A stretch of 64,000 bases of DNA, taken from the NCBI GenBank assembly GCA_017991475.1, contig JAGOQK010000003.1, forward strand, positions 848-64,847, in the 5' to 3' direction. The position numbers were made by a program, and so were the translations under genes. This document shows, piece by piece, positions 47,113 through 58,028 of this stretch. The notes under the pieces are model-generated. The model saw only the letters and a list, made by a program, of their open reading frames with translations. It did not search any database and was not told the DNA's origin. Origin of the DNA: Minisyncoccota bacterium (lineage in GTDB: Bacteria > Patescibacteriota > Minisyncoccia > Phycocordibacterales > PALSA-1337). Positions within the stretch are counted from its first letter, which is position 1; each line of letters begins with the position of its first letter.

Positions 47113-49247
47113 TAGAAATCAATAAATAATGCTTTTGCACCACTTGGTTTCTCGGGGGGAGCTTGGTCCTCTATTAGTGACGCTTCAATATCTCCGATGA
47201 ATTCGGACGGTGTATTCACTCTCTGTGCACCATAGACGGTGCGAATAAGAGTATGACTCAAATGTACCCTTTTGCGCGCGCGCGTCAATGCCACATAGAA
47301 CAGACGGCGCTCCTCCTCGCTTTCTGACTCACTCATGCCAGTATCGTCCATATGCTTGAATGGAAAAAGGTCTTGCTCTAGCCCCGCGATGAATACATGG
47401 TCGAATTCAAGCCCTTTTGATGCATGAACAGTCATCAGTCGCACAGCATCATGATCTTTCTCTAGGTCGTCCTGGTCGCTCGCGAGTGCTGCGTTGGTGA
47501 GGAAGGCTTCCATTCCTGCGGGGATAGTATCGAATACGGTCGGCACATTCGAAGGTGCAACAAATGAGGTTTCTGAACCCTCTTCGGAGCGTTGCTGGCT
47601 TGGGGTTTGTGTAACCTCGAACGGCAACGCGAGAAAAGAAGGCTTTGCGAGCTCTTCCTGTGTGCGAGCAAAGCCTATCGTGGGTGAAGAAACTTCATTT
47701 GTGGAACCTGAGGATGTGTCCGCGGAGTACTCGTCATACTGTGCCGCCACGGTAACCAATTCTTGGATGTTGAGGAGTCGTTCTTCGTCCTCAGCATCAC
47801 CTGAACGGAGCATACGCTCGAGGCCAGTTTCCTGGATGACGAAACGCACGGCTTCAGAAGGCTTCTTTTCATAGATTTCATGGCGAATATCGTCGAGCAG
47901 TTTCCAGAACGACCTCAATTTTTCCTGCATCGCACTTGGCAAGAGATCCGACCTTCCCGACATGATCTTTGCAATCGATACCTTCCCTATTCCGCGCGTC
48001 GGTGTGTTGATAACCCTTCCGATATCTGCCCACGATTCCTTGTTGAGTGCTGCGCGAATGTACGATAGCACATCTTTGACCTCTTTTCTCTCGAAGAAGC
48101 GCACACCAAGGAGTTGATAAGGAATATTTTTCTTGATGAATGCCTCTTCTAGGGCGCGTGATTGGAAGTTGGCACGATATAGGACCGCGATGTCGCGCGC
48201 GGAAGTTCCCTTCTCGATCAATACACGCGCCGTGTCGGCGATATTTCGGGCCTCGTCTACTTCCGTATACGACGCATTCAAGGATATTTTCTCGCCCGCA
48301 TCGTTGTCGGTATATAATGTCTTCTTTTTTCTTAGGTGATTCTTCTCGATAACGTTATTTGCTGCAGCGAGAATTGTTTTCGTTGAGCGGTAGTTCTTCT
48401 CGAGTGCGATGACGGTCGTTTCGGGGTAGTCTTTTTCGAAATTTAGGATATTCTCGATAGTCGCACCTCTCCAGCTATAGATATTCTGGTCCGCATCTCC
48501 CACGACGCAAATATTGTGGTGCCCTTCTGCCAGATACTGCGCGATCTTATACTGCACCTTGTTGGTATCTTGGTACTCATCGATATGAATGTATTTCCAC
48601 AGCGACTGATACTTTGCACGTACCTCGGGTCTTTTGGCGAGAAGCTGCATTGTTTTGAGCAAGAGATCGTCAAAATCCAAGGATTTGTCTTTGTGCAAGG
48701 CTGCATCGTATTTTTCCCAAACTTGAGCAACCATTTCTTGCATGTGGTCTCGAGCTGCATCTGCGTATTCGAGACGACTCATACCGTCTCCTTTTGCGCG
48801 AGAGATCATATTGAGCATAGTTCCTGGATCGAATTGCTTCGGATCAATTGAACTCTGCTCCATAGCTTCTTTGACCGCGCGCTTGGAGTCTCCACGATCA
48901 CAGATGGTGAAGTGGCGAGTAAGTCCGAGTAAGGCAGCATTCTCACGGATGATATGGACACCGAGTGCATGAAATGTGCTTAGAAATGGACGTTCATGGA
49001 ACGAGATGGGCACGTTCAAGGTCTTGTCATGCGCGATGAGGTCGTTGACACGCTCGCGCATCTCCTTTGCTGCCTTGTTGGTGAAGGTGATAGCGAGAAT
49101 ATTGTGCGGAGCGACGCCTTTTTTGATCAGGTTGAGGATGCGCTGTGTGATCACGCGCGTCTTGCCTGAGCCGGCTCCGGCTATGATGAGAACTGGACCG
49201 TCGGAGGTATCGACGGCGCGCTGTTGAGCATCATTGAGGGTGGACAT
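47112..49247 (-). CDS. pcrA: UvrD/PcrA/Rep-family ATP-dependent DNA helicase
   Basis: LNDAQQRAVD...GPVLIIAGAGSGKTRVITQRI, DEYQDTN, and C-terminal helicase motifs (VTRARKRVHLS). Confidence 0.9.
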   Translation of the reverse strand: MSTLNDAQQRAVDTSDGPVLIIAGAGSGKTRVITQRILNLIKKGVAPHNILAITFTNKAAKEMRERVNDLIAHDKTLNVPISFHERPFLSTFHALGVHIIRENAALLGLTRHFTICDRGDSKRAVKEAMEQSSIDPKQFDPGTMLNMISRAKGDGMSRLEYADAARDHMQEMVAQVWEKYDAALHKDKSLDFDDLLLKTMQLLAKRPEVRAKYQSLWKYIHIDEYQDTNKVQYKIAQYLAEGHHNICVVGDADQNIYSWRGATIENILNFEKDYPETTVIALEKNYRSTKTILAAANNVIEKNHLRKKKTLYTDNDAGEKISLNASYTEVDEARNIADTARVLIEKGTSARDIAVLYRANFQSRALEEAFIKKNIPYQLLGVRFFERKEVKDVLSYIRAALNKESWADIGRVINTPTRGIGKVSIAKIMSGRSDLLPSAMQEKLRSFWKLLDDIRHEIYEKKPSEAVRFVIQETGLERMLRSGDAEDEERLLNIQELVTVAAQYDEYSADTSSGSTNEVSSPTIGFARTQEELAKPSFLALPFEVTQTPSQQRSEEGSETSFVAPSNVPTVFDTIPAGMEAFLTNAALASDQDDLEKDHDAVRLMTVHASKGLEFDHVFIAGLEQDLFPFKHMDDTGMSESESEEERRLFYVALTRARKRVHLSHTLIRTVYGAQRVNTPSEFIGDIEASLIEDQAPPEKPSGAKALFIDF

Positions 49248-49545
49248 GGGGCAAGTTTACCATACACAGGTTCACCTGTACTGTACTATGTCAGCGAATC
49301 AGTACAATTATTACCCAACAGATGTTTTTTGTAATTTAACTACGCATCATTTATTGACATTTTGTCCAATAAAATGACTGTTTATATCTTTCATTGACAA
49401 TACTTGAACACCTGCTACTCTGGATGAATACCCTCCTCTATAGAGGAAATTATATGGCTTAACAGAGCCATTTATTTATGAAGGGATCTGTATCATCGTC
49501 CGGTCTGCTGTCATCGAAACGACTTGCTGAAATGATACAAATGTT

Positions 49546-50616
49546 ATGAAATACAACTCACAAAATACGACACAGAATATAAGCTTTGCCAAGCGAGCCA
49601 CCATGTGGTCTGCCCTTATCTGTATCTTGGCTCTAGTAGTATTTACCTTTTCGGAGACCGCGCACGCTGGTCTTCTTTCGTATGTGAATTCACTCTTTGG
49701 AAGCGAACAAGTTTCAGCTAAGGTTGGGGGTTTCTCAGGGGGCAATTCTCAGACCATTGCGCTCTTGCAGGCGGCCAATTCTCTTGATCCAAATCCTGAG
49801 AAGCCGATCGGGGTTGTTCCGGTGGTTGGAAATACGCTCGTGGCAGATGTTGCGCTCGCAGATTCATTCGTTAGTAGTACTGCCAACACCCAAATCAGTC
49901 TCTATACGGTCCATGAGGGAGATACACTGTCTGGGATTGCTGATATGTTCGATGTTTCAGTCAATACCATCATGTGGGCCAATGATATCGGCAAATCCAC
50001 TTCCCTACGCGCAGGCCAAACGCTCGTTATTTTGCCAGTTACTGGTATCAATTATGCCGTCAAGAAGAATGATACTATCAAAGGCATTGCTCTTAAGTAC
50101 AAGGCCGATGTGGGTGAAATACTGCAGTACAATGACCTCACGCTCGCATCAACCCTGTCGGTCGGACAAGTCATCATTATTCCCGATGCTGAGCAGCCCT
50201 TTGTTCAAACTACATATGTGGCTTCTGGCAACACGGCGCACGATACGAATGGACCAAGTTATGCGGGATACTACATTCGTCCGGTATCAGGTGGCATCAA
50301 GACACAAGGGCTTCATGGGTATAATGGTATTGATATTGCATCATATGCTGGTGCCCCGATTGTTGCCGCCGCCGCGGGCAAGGTAATCGTAAGCTCGGGT
50401 AGTGGTTGGAATGGTGGATACGGCAATCTCATCATCATCTCTCATGATAATGGAACCCAGACAGTGTACAGTCATCTTTCGAAGAATCTTGTTGTAGCAG
50501 GTCAGCATGTCGAACAGGGTCAGAGGATAGGGCTTATGGGTGCGACCGGAAAAGTGCAAGGTGTAACGGGCGTGCATCTTCATTTTGAGATTCGTGGAGC
50601 GAAAAATCCTTTCTAG
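49546..50616 (+). CDS. LysM-repeat M23-family metallopeptidase (cell-wall endopeptidase)
   Basis: Three LysM-like repeats (YTVHEGDTLSGIADMF..., YAVKKNDTIKGIALKY...) and M23 catalytic motifs HGYNGIDIA ... HLHFEI. Confidence 0.85.
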   Translation: MKYNSQNTTQNISFAKRATMWSALICILALVVFTFSETAHAGLLSYVNSLFGSEQVSAKVGGFSGGNSQTIALLQAANSLDPNPEKPIGVVPVVGNTLVADVALADSFVSSTANTQISLYTVHEGDTLSGIADMFDVSVNTIMWANDIGKSTSLRAGQTLVILPVTGINYAVKKNDTIKGIALKYKADVGEILQYNDLTLASTLSVGQVIIIPDAEQPFVQTTYVASGNTAHDTNGPSYAGYYIRPVSGGIKTQGLHGYNGIDIASYAGAPIVAAAAGKVIVSSGSGWNGGYGNLIIISHDNGTQTVYSHLSKNLVVAGQHVEQGQRIGLMGATGKVQGVTGVHLHFEIRGAKNPF

Positions 50617-50628
50617 GAGAGGTAATTT

Positions 50629-52161
50629 CTACAATCTTTCACGATACTGAAGCGCCTCGAGGATGTGTTCCCTCTCAATAGTCTCTGATGATGCAAGATC
50701 GGCTATGGTTTGAGCAACTTTTATTATTCTATGGAATGCTCGGCCGGATATGCCGAGCTTTGTTGCGGATTGCCTTAGTAATTCTCGGGCAGTATCGGCA
50801 AGGATTACAACTTTTTCGAGTTCGTTGGCCCCCATTTCACTGTTGTAGCTGATTGATAGGTTATGTCCTTCGAAACGTTTTTTCTGACGGTCTCGCGCAC
50901 AAATCACGCGGTCACGAATAGTGTGTGAGTCCTCAGATGCTCCTGTGGGTGCAGCCAGCTTGTCATAGTCAATTTTGTCGACGGTTGCCCAGACATCAAT
51001 ACGATCAACGATTGGTCCCGAAAGCCTCCGACGATATGATCGAAATAGGTGCTCTGGACAGGTGCATCCGCGCTCTTTGCCGAGTCCACAAGGACAGGGG
51101 TTCATGGTTGCGATGAGAATACATTGTGCGGGGAATGTGAACGCGCCGCGAGCACGAGATATCGTTATTGACCTGTCCTCTAGTGGCTGTCGAAGGGCCT
51201 CTATGACGGATCGGTCAAATTCTGGGAATTCATCAAGAAATAAGATTCCGCGATGAGCAAGAGTTACCTCTCCGGGGCGTGGAATACTTCCACCCCCAAC
51301 AATTGCAGGGTATGAAGCTGTGTGATGTGGTGCGCGGAATGGTGGATTTGTAATCAGTTTTCCATTTTTGAGTTCGCCTGCTGCTGAGTATATGCTCGTT
51401 ACTTCGAGCGAGTGTTCATATGAGAGGGGTGGTACTATCGATCTGAAGCAATGTGCAAGCATCGCCTTACCTGTTCCTGGAGGTCCGCACAGGATGAGAT
51501 TGTGAGCTCCTGCAGCGGCAATTTCAAGGCATCTCTTTGCGGCCTCATTCCCACGAATTAGGTTCATATTAGGAATCGAGTGGTCACCTTCGGGTACGTC
51601 TTGGCTTGTCGATGAAGTACAGATGATCGGCATCAGACGACACTTTCCTGTCATATGATCAATAATCTCTGTAATGTGTGAAACCGCATAGATAGTTAAG
51701 TTCTGTGCAAGTGATGCCTCATGAGCATCCTCCTCAGGTATAAACGCAGTAGTATACCCGTGCACTGGCGCTTGGCACAGTATCGGGAGTACGCCACCTA
51801 TCTTTCTGATTCTGCCGTCCAGTGATAGTTCCCCCAGAAAAAGCTTGTTATCTGCATCAAGCTCAATGTCTCCTGATGCATTGAGGTATGCGAGAGCCAT
51901 GGCAAGATCAAAAGATGGTCCTTCCTTACGAACATGAGCTGGTGCGAGAGATATGATAACCTTCTGATTTTTCTGTTTTGGGGACGTAAATCCTATATTC
52001 TTGATAGCGGCAGATATACGGTCCTTTGACTCCTCGACAGCCCGGTCACCAAGCCCGACCACGGAAAAACTGTGAAGACCGTTGGATATATCAACCTCTA
52101 TTGTTACTATTTCGATGTGTAATCCACTAAGTTGCGCACTGTATGATGTTGATATTCCCAT
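50629..52161 (-). CDS. comM: YifB/ComM-family Mg-chelatase-like AAA+ ATPase (competence protein ComM homolog)
   Basis: Lon-like N-terminal domain, Walker A LILCGPPGTGKAMLA, GILFLDEFPEF Walker B, C-terminal ChlI-type domain. Confidence 0.85.
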   Translation of the reverse strand: MGISTSYSAQLSGLHIEIVTIEVDISNGLHSFSVVGLGDRAVEESKDRISAAIKNIGFTSPKQKNQKVIISLAPAHVRKEGPSFDLAMALAYLNASGDIELDADNKLFLGELSLDGRIRKIGGVLPILCQAPVHGYTTAFIPEEDAHEASLAQNLTIYAVSHITEIIDHMTGKCRLMPIICTSSTSQDVPEGDHSIPNMNLIRGNEAAKRCLEIAAAGAHNLILCGPPGTGKAMLAHCFRSIVPPLSYEHSLEVTSIYSAAGELKNGKLITNPPFRAPHHTASYPAIVGGGSIPRPGEVTLAHRGILFLDEFPEFDRSVIEALRQPLEDRSITISRARGAFTFPAQCILIATMNPCPCGLGKERGCTCPEHLFRSYRRRLSGPIVDRIDVWATVDKIDYDKLAAPTGASEDSHTIRDRVICARDRQKKRFEGHNLSISYNSEMGANELEKVVILADTARELLRQSATKLGISGRAFHRIIKVAQTIADLASSETIEREHILEALQYRERL

Positions 52162-52259
52162 GGAGCAATCATATCAATTTGATATGAAGGAATAATGAAG
52201 AAGTGATAGAGAAATCATGATGGAGCACTTTGATCAGTGCCTAAACACAAAAACACTCC

Positions 52260-52622
52260 CTAGTGGGAGTGTTTGATTGAAATTCGTGCGGAAGGGTTTG
52301 CTTCAAGGCGCTCTATTTCTATAGGCTTGCCGCAGGTCTCACATAGACCGAAGGTACCCTTTTCTATACGGTCGAGAGCGGCATCGATTTCTCCTAACTG
52401 CTTGTCGAGCTGGCTTACAATGCCGGTGTTTTCTTCAAGTTCTTCAAGTTTGTCGGCAACCTCGTTTTCATCTGCGGTATCAACCTGCATATCCCCTGGA
52501 GTAGCCTCCCATCCGCTTGCAGTACTAGTCGAACGGCGTCCGATGCCACCAAGTTCCTTCTCGAGCTCTGTTTTCTCTGCGAGTAGTTTGTTCTTGAATT
52601 GTTCGATATCTTTCTTATTCAT
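52260..52622 (-). CDS. DksA/TraR-family protein (coiled-coil + degenerate C4 zinc finger)
   Basis: Coiled-coil N-terminus and C-terminal GLCETCGKPIEIERLEANPSAR region typical of DksA/TraR; only two Cys retained. Confidence 0.6.
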   Translation of the reverse strand: MNKKDIEQFKNKLLAEKTELEKELGGIGRRSTSTASGWEATPGDMQVDTADENEVADKLEELEENTGIVSQLDKQLGEIDAALDRIEKGTFGLCETCGKPIEIERLEANPSARISIKHSH

Positions 52623-52631
52623 AGTCCTATA

Positions 52632-54725
52632 TTACCGTATTTGTGCCTGTCTTTCAAGGCGTGTTAGTACCTCAATAAGAGTAGCTTCATCGCTCGCCAG
52701 AGCAAGATGAGTATTGTCTATAAATGAATAGAGGAATAGAATGGTGCCGTTTTCAATACGAAATGCCCGTACGTCCTTGTTCTTGATGATACGATCTTCG
52801 AATGTGCCACGCAGCGTAAAATATGGTCGAAGCGGTGCTACAACCTCAACGATGGTAGATGAAGCGGTCGATGTTGCACCAGAAGGTGTTGTGGTTGAGT
52901 TGAGTGTGATGGTGGTTGTCGACGATGGTACAAGTGATGGCAGGAGTGAATCGAGATTAATGGTTGGACTTGAGGTAGTCGCCACGGTAGCTACGCGCGT
53001 ATTGGCAATGCCAGTAGAATCAGATGGATATATGAACTGTTTAAGGTCATCAGCTATAGTTGCTTCCCACTGAAGCATTCCTGCAAAAGCATTCTGGAAG
53101 AAATTGGTAGTGACTATAGCGAATACCCCCTTTTCTTGTGCGGAATTTGTGTATACGCCGAGCATCCAATCAGCGGTAATCGTACGATTCAATATGTCAG
53201 GCACCGAAATGTCCAACCCTGAAATTGCTTCGGGAGCGCCTATCTGCGTGAATGTTGCAGTGTTTGAGGATGCTGTCTTACGTGCAAGAATAATCTCTTT
53301 GATCGTACCAGGTGTTTGCGCTTTCGCTACCTCTGCCTGGATACGTGAAAGTAATGTGGCAGGAAGTTGATTGTCGATAGGGATCACTGCATAGCTATCC
53401 GCGCGTACAATCCCTGGTCTACCCTGTTGTTGGACTGGTGTATTGGATATGCTGGTTGCCAAAGGACTCTTGCTATAAAGATAGTATCCCGCGAACACTC
53501 CTCCCCCGAGGAGTATGATAATCAGAAGTGTCATAACGATCTTCAGTAGGGTACGAGAATCTTTCTTGGGTCCAGAATCGTCTGATATTCGCTCCTCACC
53601 CTGCACCTTCTTCGTTTCTGCGATTGCGATAGATGCAGTCGATATTCTGCGGTGCGACATTGCTTCAGCAACATCTCCTTCGTAAGTACGCATCGGCTTG
53701 AAAGGCCCGTTTTGATTCTGAAATGGTTTTGGAGCATCAGGTTTGTCACCAGGGAGTACAGAACCGACAGCGTCTTGTAGACTTGTTGGTTTCGGTTGGA
53801 CGACAGGGTCAGCAGTATAGTCTGACAATCGAGCTCCTATAACCTTTGATGGAGGATTGAAAGGAGTGGTGCGGGGTTTTGCAACAGATGATGGTATGTT
53901 GACAGGAGGAGGTGTGCCGAGCGATGTGGCCGATGTTGTTGTAGGGGGCACAGAAGGGGTGGGATTGGAAGTCACTGTCGGTGTTGCAAATGGTGTTGCC
54001 TGAAGGCTTCCAATGTTCTTGTCGAGCAAATTTTCTTTGATGGTTGGCGGAGCAGCTTGTGTTTGGCTATGAACTTTCCTGAGTATTGCTTGGAGTGCCG
54101 CTGCAGAAGCAGGACTTTCAGGAACTTTCTGAGTTGAAGGAATTGCTGGTTGTACAGGCAGCTTTGGTGTCGAAGATGCTTCCGTGACGAATTTTGTTGG
54201 CTGCTGTGAAGTGCCTGAGGGTTTGTATGATGAGGGTATTGATTGTGCTGAAGTGGTGGTGGGTGGTGGGGTTTGCACAGAAGCGGTAGACGCAGGGGCC
54301 TGTGTCGGTGCGTGTGGCACCTGCGAGTACACCTTCACTGCTGGTGCCTGCATCGCAGGATCTATCGGGGGGTGAGGTATCGGTTTTGGAGTTGATGATA
54401 CAGGTGGTGTAGGAATTGGTTCAAGTTTGTTGATTGGTGCGCGAGTCGGTGTCGGAGTTTGAATAGGGCGCGGCACAGCTACGGGAGTGCCCGTTTTCAT
54501 GCTGTTCATAATTGCGCCTGGATTCCTTAACGCTTCGGCAATCTCGAGGTTGACCTTGTGAGTGACTGGTCCATCGAGGTCACTTACTGGCTTGATATCT
54601 CCATCAGTGAAATCATAGACACGGTCGCTGACGGTGTCCTGTTCCTCGGTATCATTGGGTGCAGGCGTAGTATTAGGCTCGACAGGAATGGGTTGTGACT
54701 TCGGTGTGAGAAGATCGTCGTTCAT
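52632..54725 (-). CDS. Bitopic hypothetical protein: long Pro/Thr/Ser-rich cytoplasmic N-terminal region, one TM, about 290-aa extracytoplasmic C-terminal domain
   Basis: Composition and single TM (LLKIVMTLLIIILLGGGVFAGYYLY) seen in translation. Confidence 0.45.
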   Translation of the reverse strand: MNDDLLTPKSQPIPVEPNTTPAPNDTEEQDTVSDRVYDFTDGDIKPVSDLDGPVTHKVNLEIAEALRNPGAIMNSMKTGTPVAVPRPIQTPTPTRAPINKLEPIPTPPVSSTPKPIPHPPIDPAMQAPAVKVYSQVPHAPTQAPASTASVQTPPPTTTSAQSIPSSYKPSGTSQQPTKFVTEASSTPKLPVQPAIPSTQKVPESPASAAALQAILRKVHSQTQAAPPTIKENLLDKNIGSLQATPFATPTVTSNPTPSVPPTTTSATSLGTPPPVNIPSSVAKPRTTPFNPPSKVIGARLSDYTADPVVQPKPTSLQDAVGSVLPGDKPDAPKPFQNQNGPFKPMRTYEGDVAEAMSHRRISTASIAIAETKKVQGEERISDDSGPKKDSRTLLKIVMTLLIIILLGGGVFAGYYLYSKSPLATSISNTPVQQQGRPGIVRADSYAVIPIDNQLPATLLSRIQAEVAKAQTPGTIKEIILARKTASSNTATFTQIGAPEAISGLDISVPDILNRTITADWMLGVYTNSAQEKGVFAIVTTNFFQNAFAGMLQWEATIADDLKQFIYPSDSTGIANTRVATVATTSSPTINLDSLLPSLVPSSTTTITLNSTTTPSGATSTASSTIVEVVAPLRPYFTLRGTFEDRIIKNKDVRAFRIENGTILFLYSFIDNTHLALASDEATLIEVLTRLERQAQIR

Positions 54726-54752
54726 TCACTATATTATAACAGGAATTAAAAA

Positions 54753-56954
54753 TTATCTCCTGTGCCCCATCGGCGGGCGTGGCGGCCTTGGAGTCTCCTC
54801 TTTCTTTGTGAAGAAGTCCGGATTTGCACCCTTGATAGAGAGATTGAGGCGACCCTTCTCGTCGACTTCCTTCACGACGACAGGAACCTTGTCCCCTTCT
54901 TTCACATATGTCTCTGGTCTCTCGACGCGGAATCCTGCCATTTCTGAGACGTGCACGAGTCCTTCAGCGTTGGGACCTATCTTCACGAATGCGCCAAAGT
55001 CCATGAGGCGTACCACTTCCCCTTCAAATCTTTCACCAGGCATATATTCACGAGTCATGTTGTAGATGATCTCCTTCGCTTTTGCGGCGGTCTCATTCTT
55101 GCCTGTGATGAATATAGAACCATCATCCTCAATAGTGATGTCCTCTACATGTGTCACATCGCGGATCTCATTGATCGTCTTGCCTCCAGAGCCGATGACG
55201 AGACCGATCTGATCAGGCTTGATCTTCATGACGATGATCTCTGGTGCGTTCGGTGATATCTTGGCACGCGGAGCAGCTATCGCCTTTTCGATAACATCGA
55301 GGATCCTGTAGCGTGCAGCTTGCGCCTTGGTGAAAGCTTCAGCGAGTATCTTGAGCGGAATACCACCCACCTTCACATCCATCTGCACAGCAGTGATACC
55401 TGCACGAGTTCCCGCAACTTTGAAATCCATATCTCCATGATGATCTTCTGGTCCTTGAATATCAGTGAGTACTTTGTATTGCGCAGGCCTACCCTGCGCA
55501 TCAACACGCATCATGAGGCCGCTCGCTATTCCTGCTACTGGTGCCTTGATCGGAACTCCCCCATCCATGAGTGCGAGTGTTGATCCGCAGACAGATCCCA
55601 TCGAGGTTGATCCATTCGATGCCATCGCTTCAGATACGAGACGGATTGTGTACGGGAAAATATCTTTTGCAGGAATGACGGGAACGAGAGCTTTCTCTGC
55701 GAGTGCACCGTGTCCGATCATGCGGCGATTGGTGCCACCAACTCTCCCGGTCTCACCTGTCGAAAATGGCGGGAAGTTGTAGTGGTGCATGAAACGCTTG
55801 TCCTCATGTTCGATGAGTGCATCCATGACCTGCGCATCTCCGGGACTTCCGAGAGTGAGCGTCGAGAGGATGTGTGTTCCTCCGCGGTAGAAGATACCTG
55901 AGCCATGAAGGATCGGTGAAACACCACCAGCTTGTGCATAGAGTGGTCTGACCTCATCCATTCCGCGGCCATCTGCACGCTTGCCGTTGTCGATAGCTTC
56001 TGTGTGGAGGAGTTCATTCACTGCTTCCTCGAATACCTCTTGCGCCATCGCAGCATCTCCCTTCTCAGCCTCACTCTTACCGGTGATCATTTTCGCCTCG
56101 AATAGATCGGTCCAGATCTTGTTGATCTCATTGATCTTGTCATGTCCTGGCTTTGCACTCATGACGAAGCTTGCCAACTTCGGTGCAATCTCAGCGTGAA
56201 ACAGTTCCTTTGTGCCTGGTGTCGGCTCTGGAAGTTCAACCTCAGTCTTAGGTTTACCAATCTCTGCGATGATCTTCTTCTGCCATGCTTGCACCTTCTC
56301 GATTTCGGCAGATGCCAGTGCAAGACCTTCATTCATAGTATCTTCGCCAACTTCTTTCGAAGCGACCTCGATCATGTTGATGGTGTCATCTTTTCCGCAA
56401 GCGACCATCTCGAGTACGACACCCGCTTCTTCGCGTGCTTTGAAATCAGGATTGACGAGCCACCCCCGGTCGTGGCCGAGGGCATGCTTTCCATCGCGTG
56501 CCATGCGTACCGCAGAGACAGGACCATTCCAGGGAATGTTCGAAGTGCCGAGTGCGAGTGACGCTGCAATCACTGAGACTACATCAGGATCATCTTGATC
56601 GATAGAGAGTGTGGTGATGATGACCTGCACCTCATTGCGCATGCGCTGATTGAAAAGTGGGCGGATAGTGCGATCAACAATTCTTCCTGACAAAATCGCC
56701 TCAGTCGAAGGTCTCCCTTCCCTGCGGACGTATCGTGACCCGAGAATTTTCCCAGTTGCATAAAAACGCTCCTCGTAATCTACGGTGAGTGGGAAGAAAT
56801 CACCTTCCTTCATCTTGCCCATGACTGCAGTGGCGAGTACAACTGTGTTGCCGTAGCGGACCATGACGGAACCATCAGCATTCTCTGCAAGGTCGTTGAA
56901 TTCGGCCGTGAGAGTCTTGCCACCGATCTCGATCGAGTATTCTTTTTTGTTCAT
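54753..56954 (-). CDS. pnp: Polyribonucleotide nucleotidyltransferase (PNPase)
   Basis: Two RNase PH domains, KH (QIGLVIGSGGKTINEIR) and S1 domains; 733 aa. Confidence 0.95.
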   Translation of the reverse strand: MNKKEYSIEIGGKTLTAEFNDLAENADGSVMVRYGNTVVLATAVMGKMKEGDFFPLTVDYEERFYATGKILGSRYVRREGRPSTEAILSGRIVDRTIRPLFNQRMRNEVQVIITTLSIDQDDPDVVSVIAASLALGTSNIPWNGPVSAVRMARDGKHALGHDRGWLVNPDFKAREEAGVVLEMVACGKDDTINMIEVASKEVGEDTMNEGLALASAEIEKVQAWQKKIIAEIGKPKTEVELPEPTPGTKELFHAEIAPKLASFVMSAKPGHDKINEINKIWTDLFEAKMITGKSEAEKGDAAMAQEVFEEAVNELLHTEAIDNGKRADGRGMDEVRPLYAQAGGVSPILHGSGIFYRGGTHILSTLTLGSPGDAQVMDALIEHEDKRFMHHYNFPPFSTGETGRVGGTNRRMIGHGALAEKALVPVIPAKDIFPYTIRLVSEAMASNGSTSMGSVCGSTLALMDGGVPIKAPVAGIASGLMMRVDAQGRPAQYKVLTDIQGPEDHHGDMDFKVAGTRAGITAVQMDVKVGGIPLKILAEAFTKAQAARYRILDVIEKAIAAPRAKISPNAPEIIVMKIKPDQIGLVIGSGGKTINEIRDVTHVEDITIEDDGSIFITGKNETAAKAKEIIYNMTREYMPGERFEGEVVRLMDFGAFVKIGPNAEGLVHVSEMAGFRVERPETYVKEGDKVPVVVKEVDEKGRLNLSIKGANPDFFTKKEETPRPPRPPMGHRR

Positions 56955-56989
56955 AGTGGCTTAACTGTAGCAAATAATATTTTTCATTA

Positions 56990-57829
56990 CTATTCCTTTA
57001 CAAGGCTGGATTTCCATGACAATTCGAAGATCATCTTCATCATGTTGTAGATAGTTTCATCTTCGATGATGGTTCCAGTCAGGAATTCTTTGTTCAGGTT
57101 CACTATTGCGATCTTGTTTGTTCCATAGATCGTTATCTCGCCCTTGAATGGGAATTTTTCCGCAGGAATGTGTCGGAGCTCCGGTACTACCTCCTTTTTG
57201 TATCCTGTAAAGAATTTTTCTCCGTACTCACGATCTTCAGTGGTATCTGGAACTATTCCACGTGTAGTGATTCCCACTCGTTCCTTTGTGCGTCTGAATC
57301 TTTCAAAGAATTTCTCTGGAAACACATTTTCGAGCTCTTTCGCATTCGACCAGGCGAGCATCTCATATTTTTTTTCTGTCGCTATCATATCCTCGTATAT
57401 AGCAACGATACCTTCGATATTCTCAAAGTAGGTCACCTTCGGTCTTGTACCAAGAATTCCATATAGCCCCTCAATATCAGGAACTACTGATTTCATCTGC
57501 TCTACCTCCTCCTGTGCCCTTCGCACTCTACCCTCCGCATAACGAACTACCTTCTCAGGTTTCTCGATCTGATAGAAGATCTTGCTTCGCTTCTCGATCT
57601 CACTCACAAGTCCACGAATAGAAAGCGCAGTAAGTATGTGATAGGTGGTACTTCTGTTGATTTCGGCATATTCGGAGATCTTGGAGGGGTATGCCCCACC
57701 CAATTCCAGCACAGAAACGTATATTTTGGCCTCTTTGTCAGTGAAACCTGATTTTATGAGCTTCTCTACCAGGCTATAGTTCTTGATTTTCATAGCTATA
57801 ATAGTACTCTTTTGCCCTATATTTGTCAA
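56990..57829 (-). CDS. TrmB-family transcriptional regulator (N-terminal wHTH, C-terminal ligand-binding domain)
   Basis: LIKSGFTDKEAKIYVSVLELGGAYPSKISEYAEINRSTTYHILTALSIRGLV matches the TrmB HTH. Confidence 0.6.
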   Translation of the reverse strand: MTNIGQKSTIIAMKIKNYSLVEKLIKSGFTDKEAKIYVSVLELGGAYPSKISEYAEINRSTTYHILTALSIRGLVSEIEKRSKIFYQIEKPEKVVRYAEGRVRRAQEEVEQMKSVVPDIEGLYGILGTRPKVTYFENIEGIVAIYEDMIATEKKYEMLAWSNAKELENVFPEKFFERFRRTKERVGITTRGIVPDTTEDREYGEKFFTGYKKEVVPELRHIPAEKFPFKGEITIYGTNKIAIVNLNKEFLTGTIIEDETIYNMMKMIFELSWKSSLVKE

Positions 57830-58028
57830 TCTATACGCACAAAATATAGCAATATATCAGAATATGGCTATAAATATAGTTATTCTACACCCATATCTAT
57901 CATCTTCACGCACAATGTTTGACAGGCATGCTATAATATTGTCAGATAGGATGAGTTCTTTGAAACGACCATGTTTATAGCTACCTCTACTGGTGGCGCA
58001 TGGAAGGCAAGGAATTCTTTGAAAATTT

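Noticed and set aside
54762-56598. Multiple short ORFs antisense to pnp, polA, pcrA, dnaA and other large genes
   Set aside because: All are embedded in and antisense to strongly supported conserved genes, with no independent signals.
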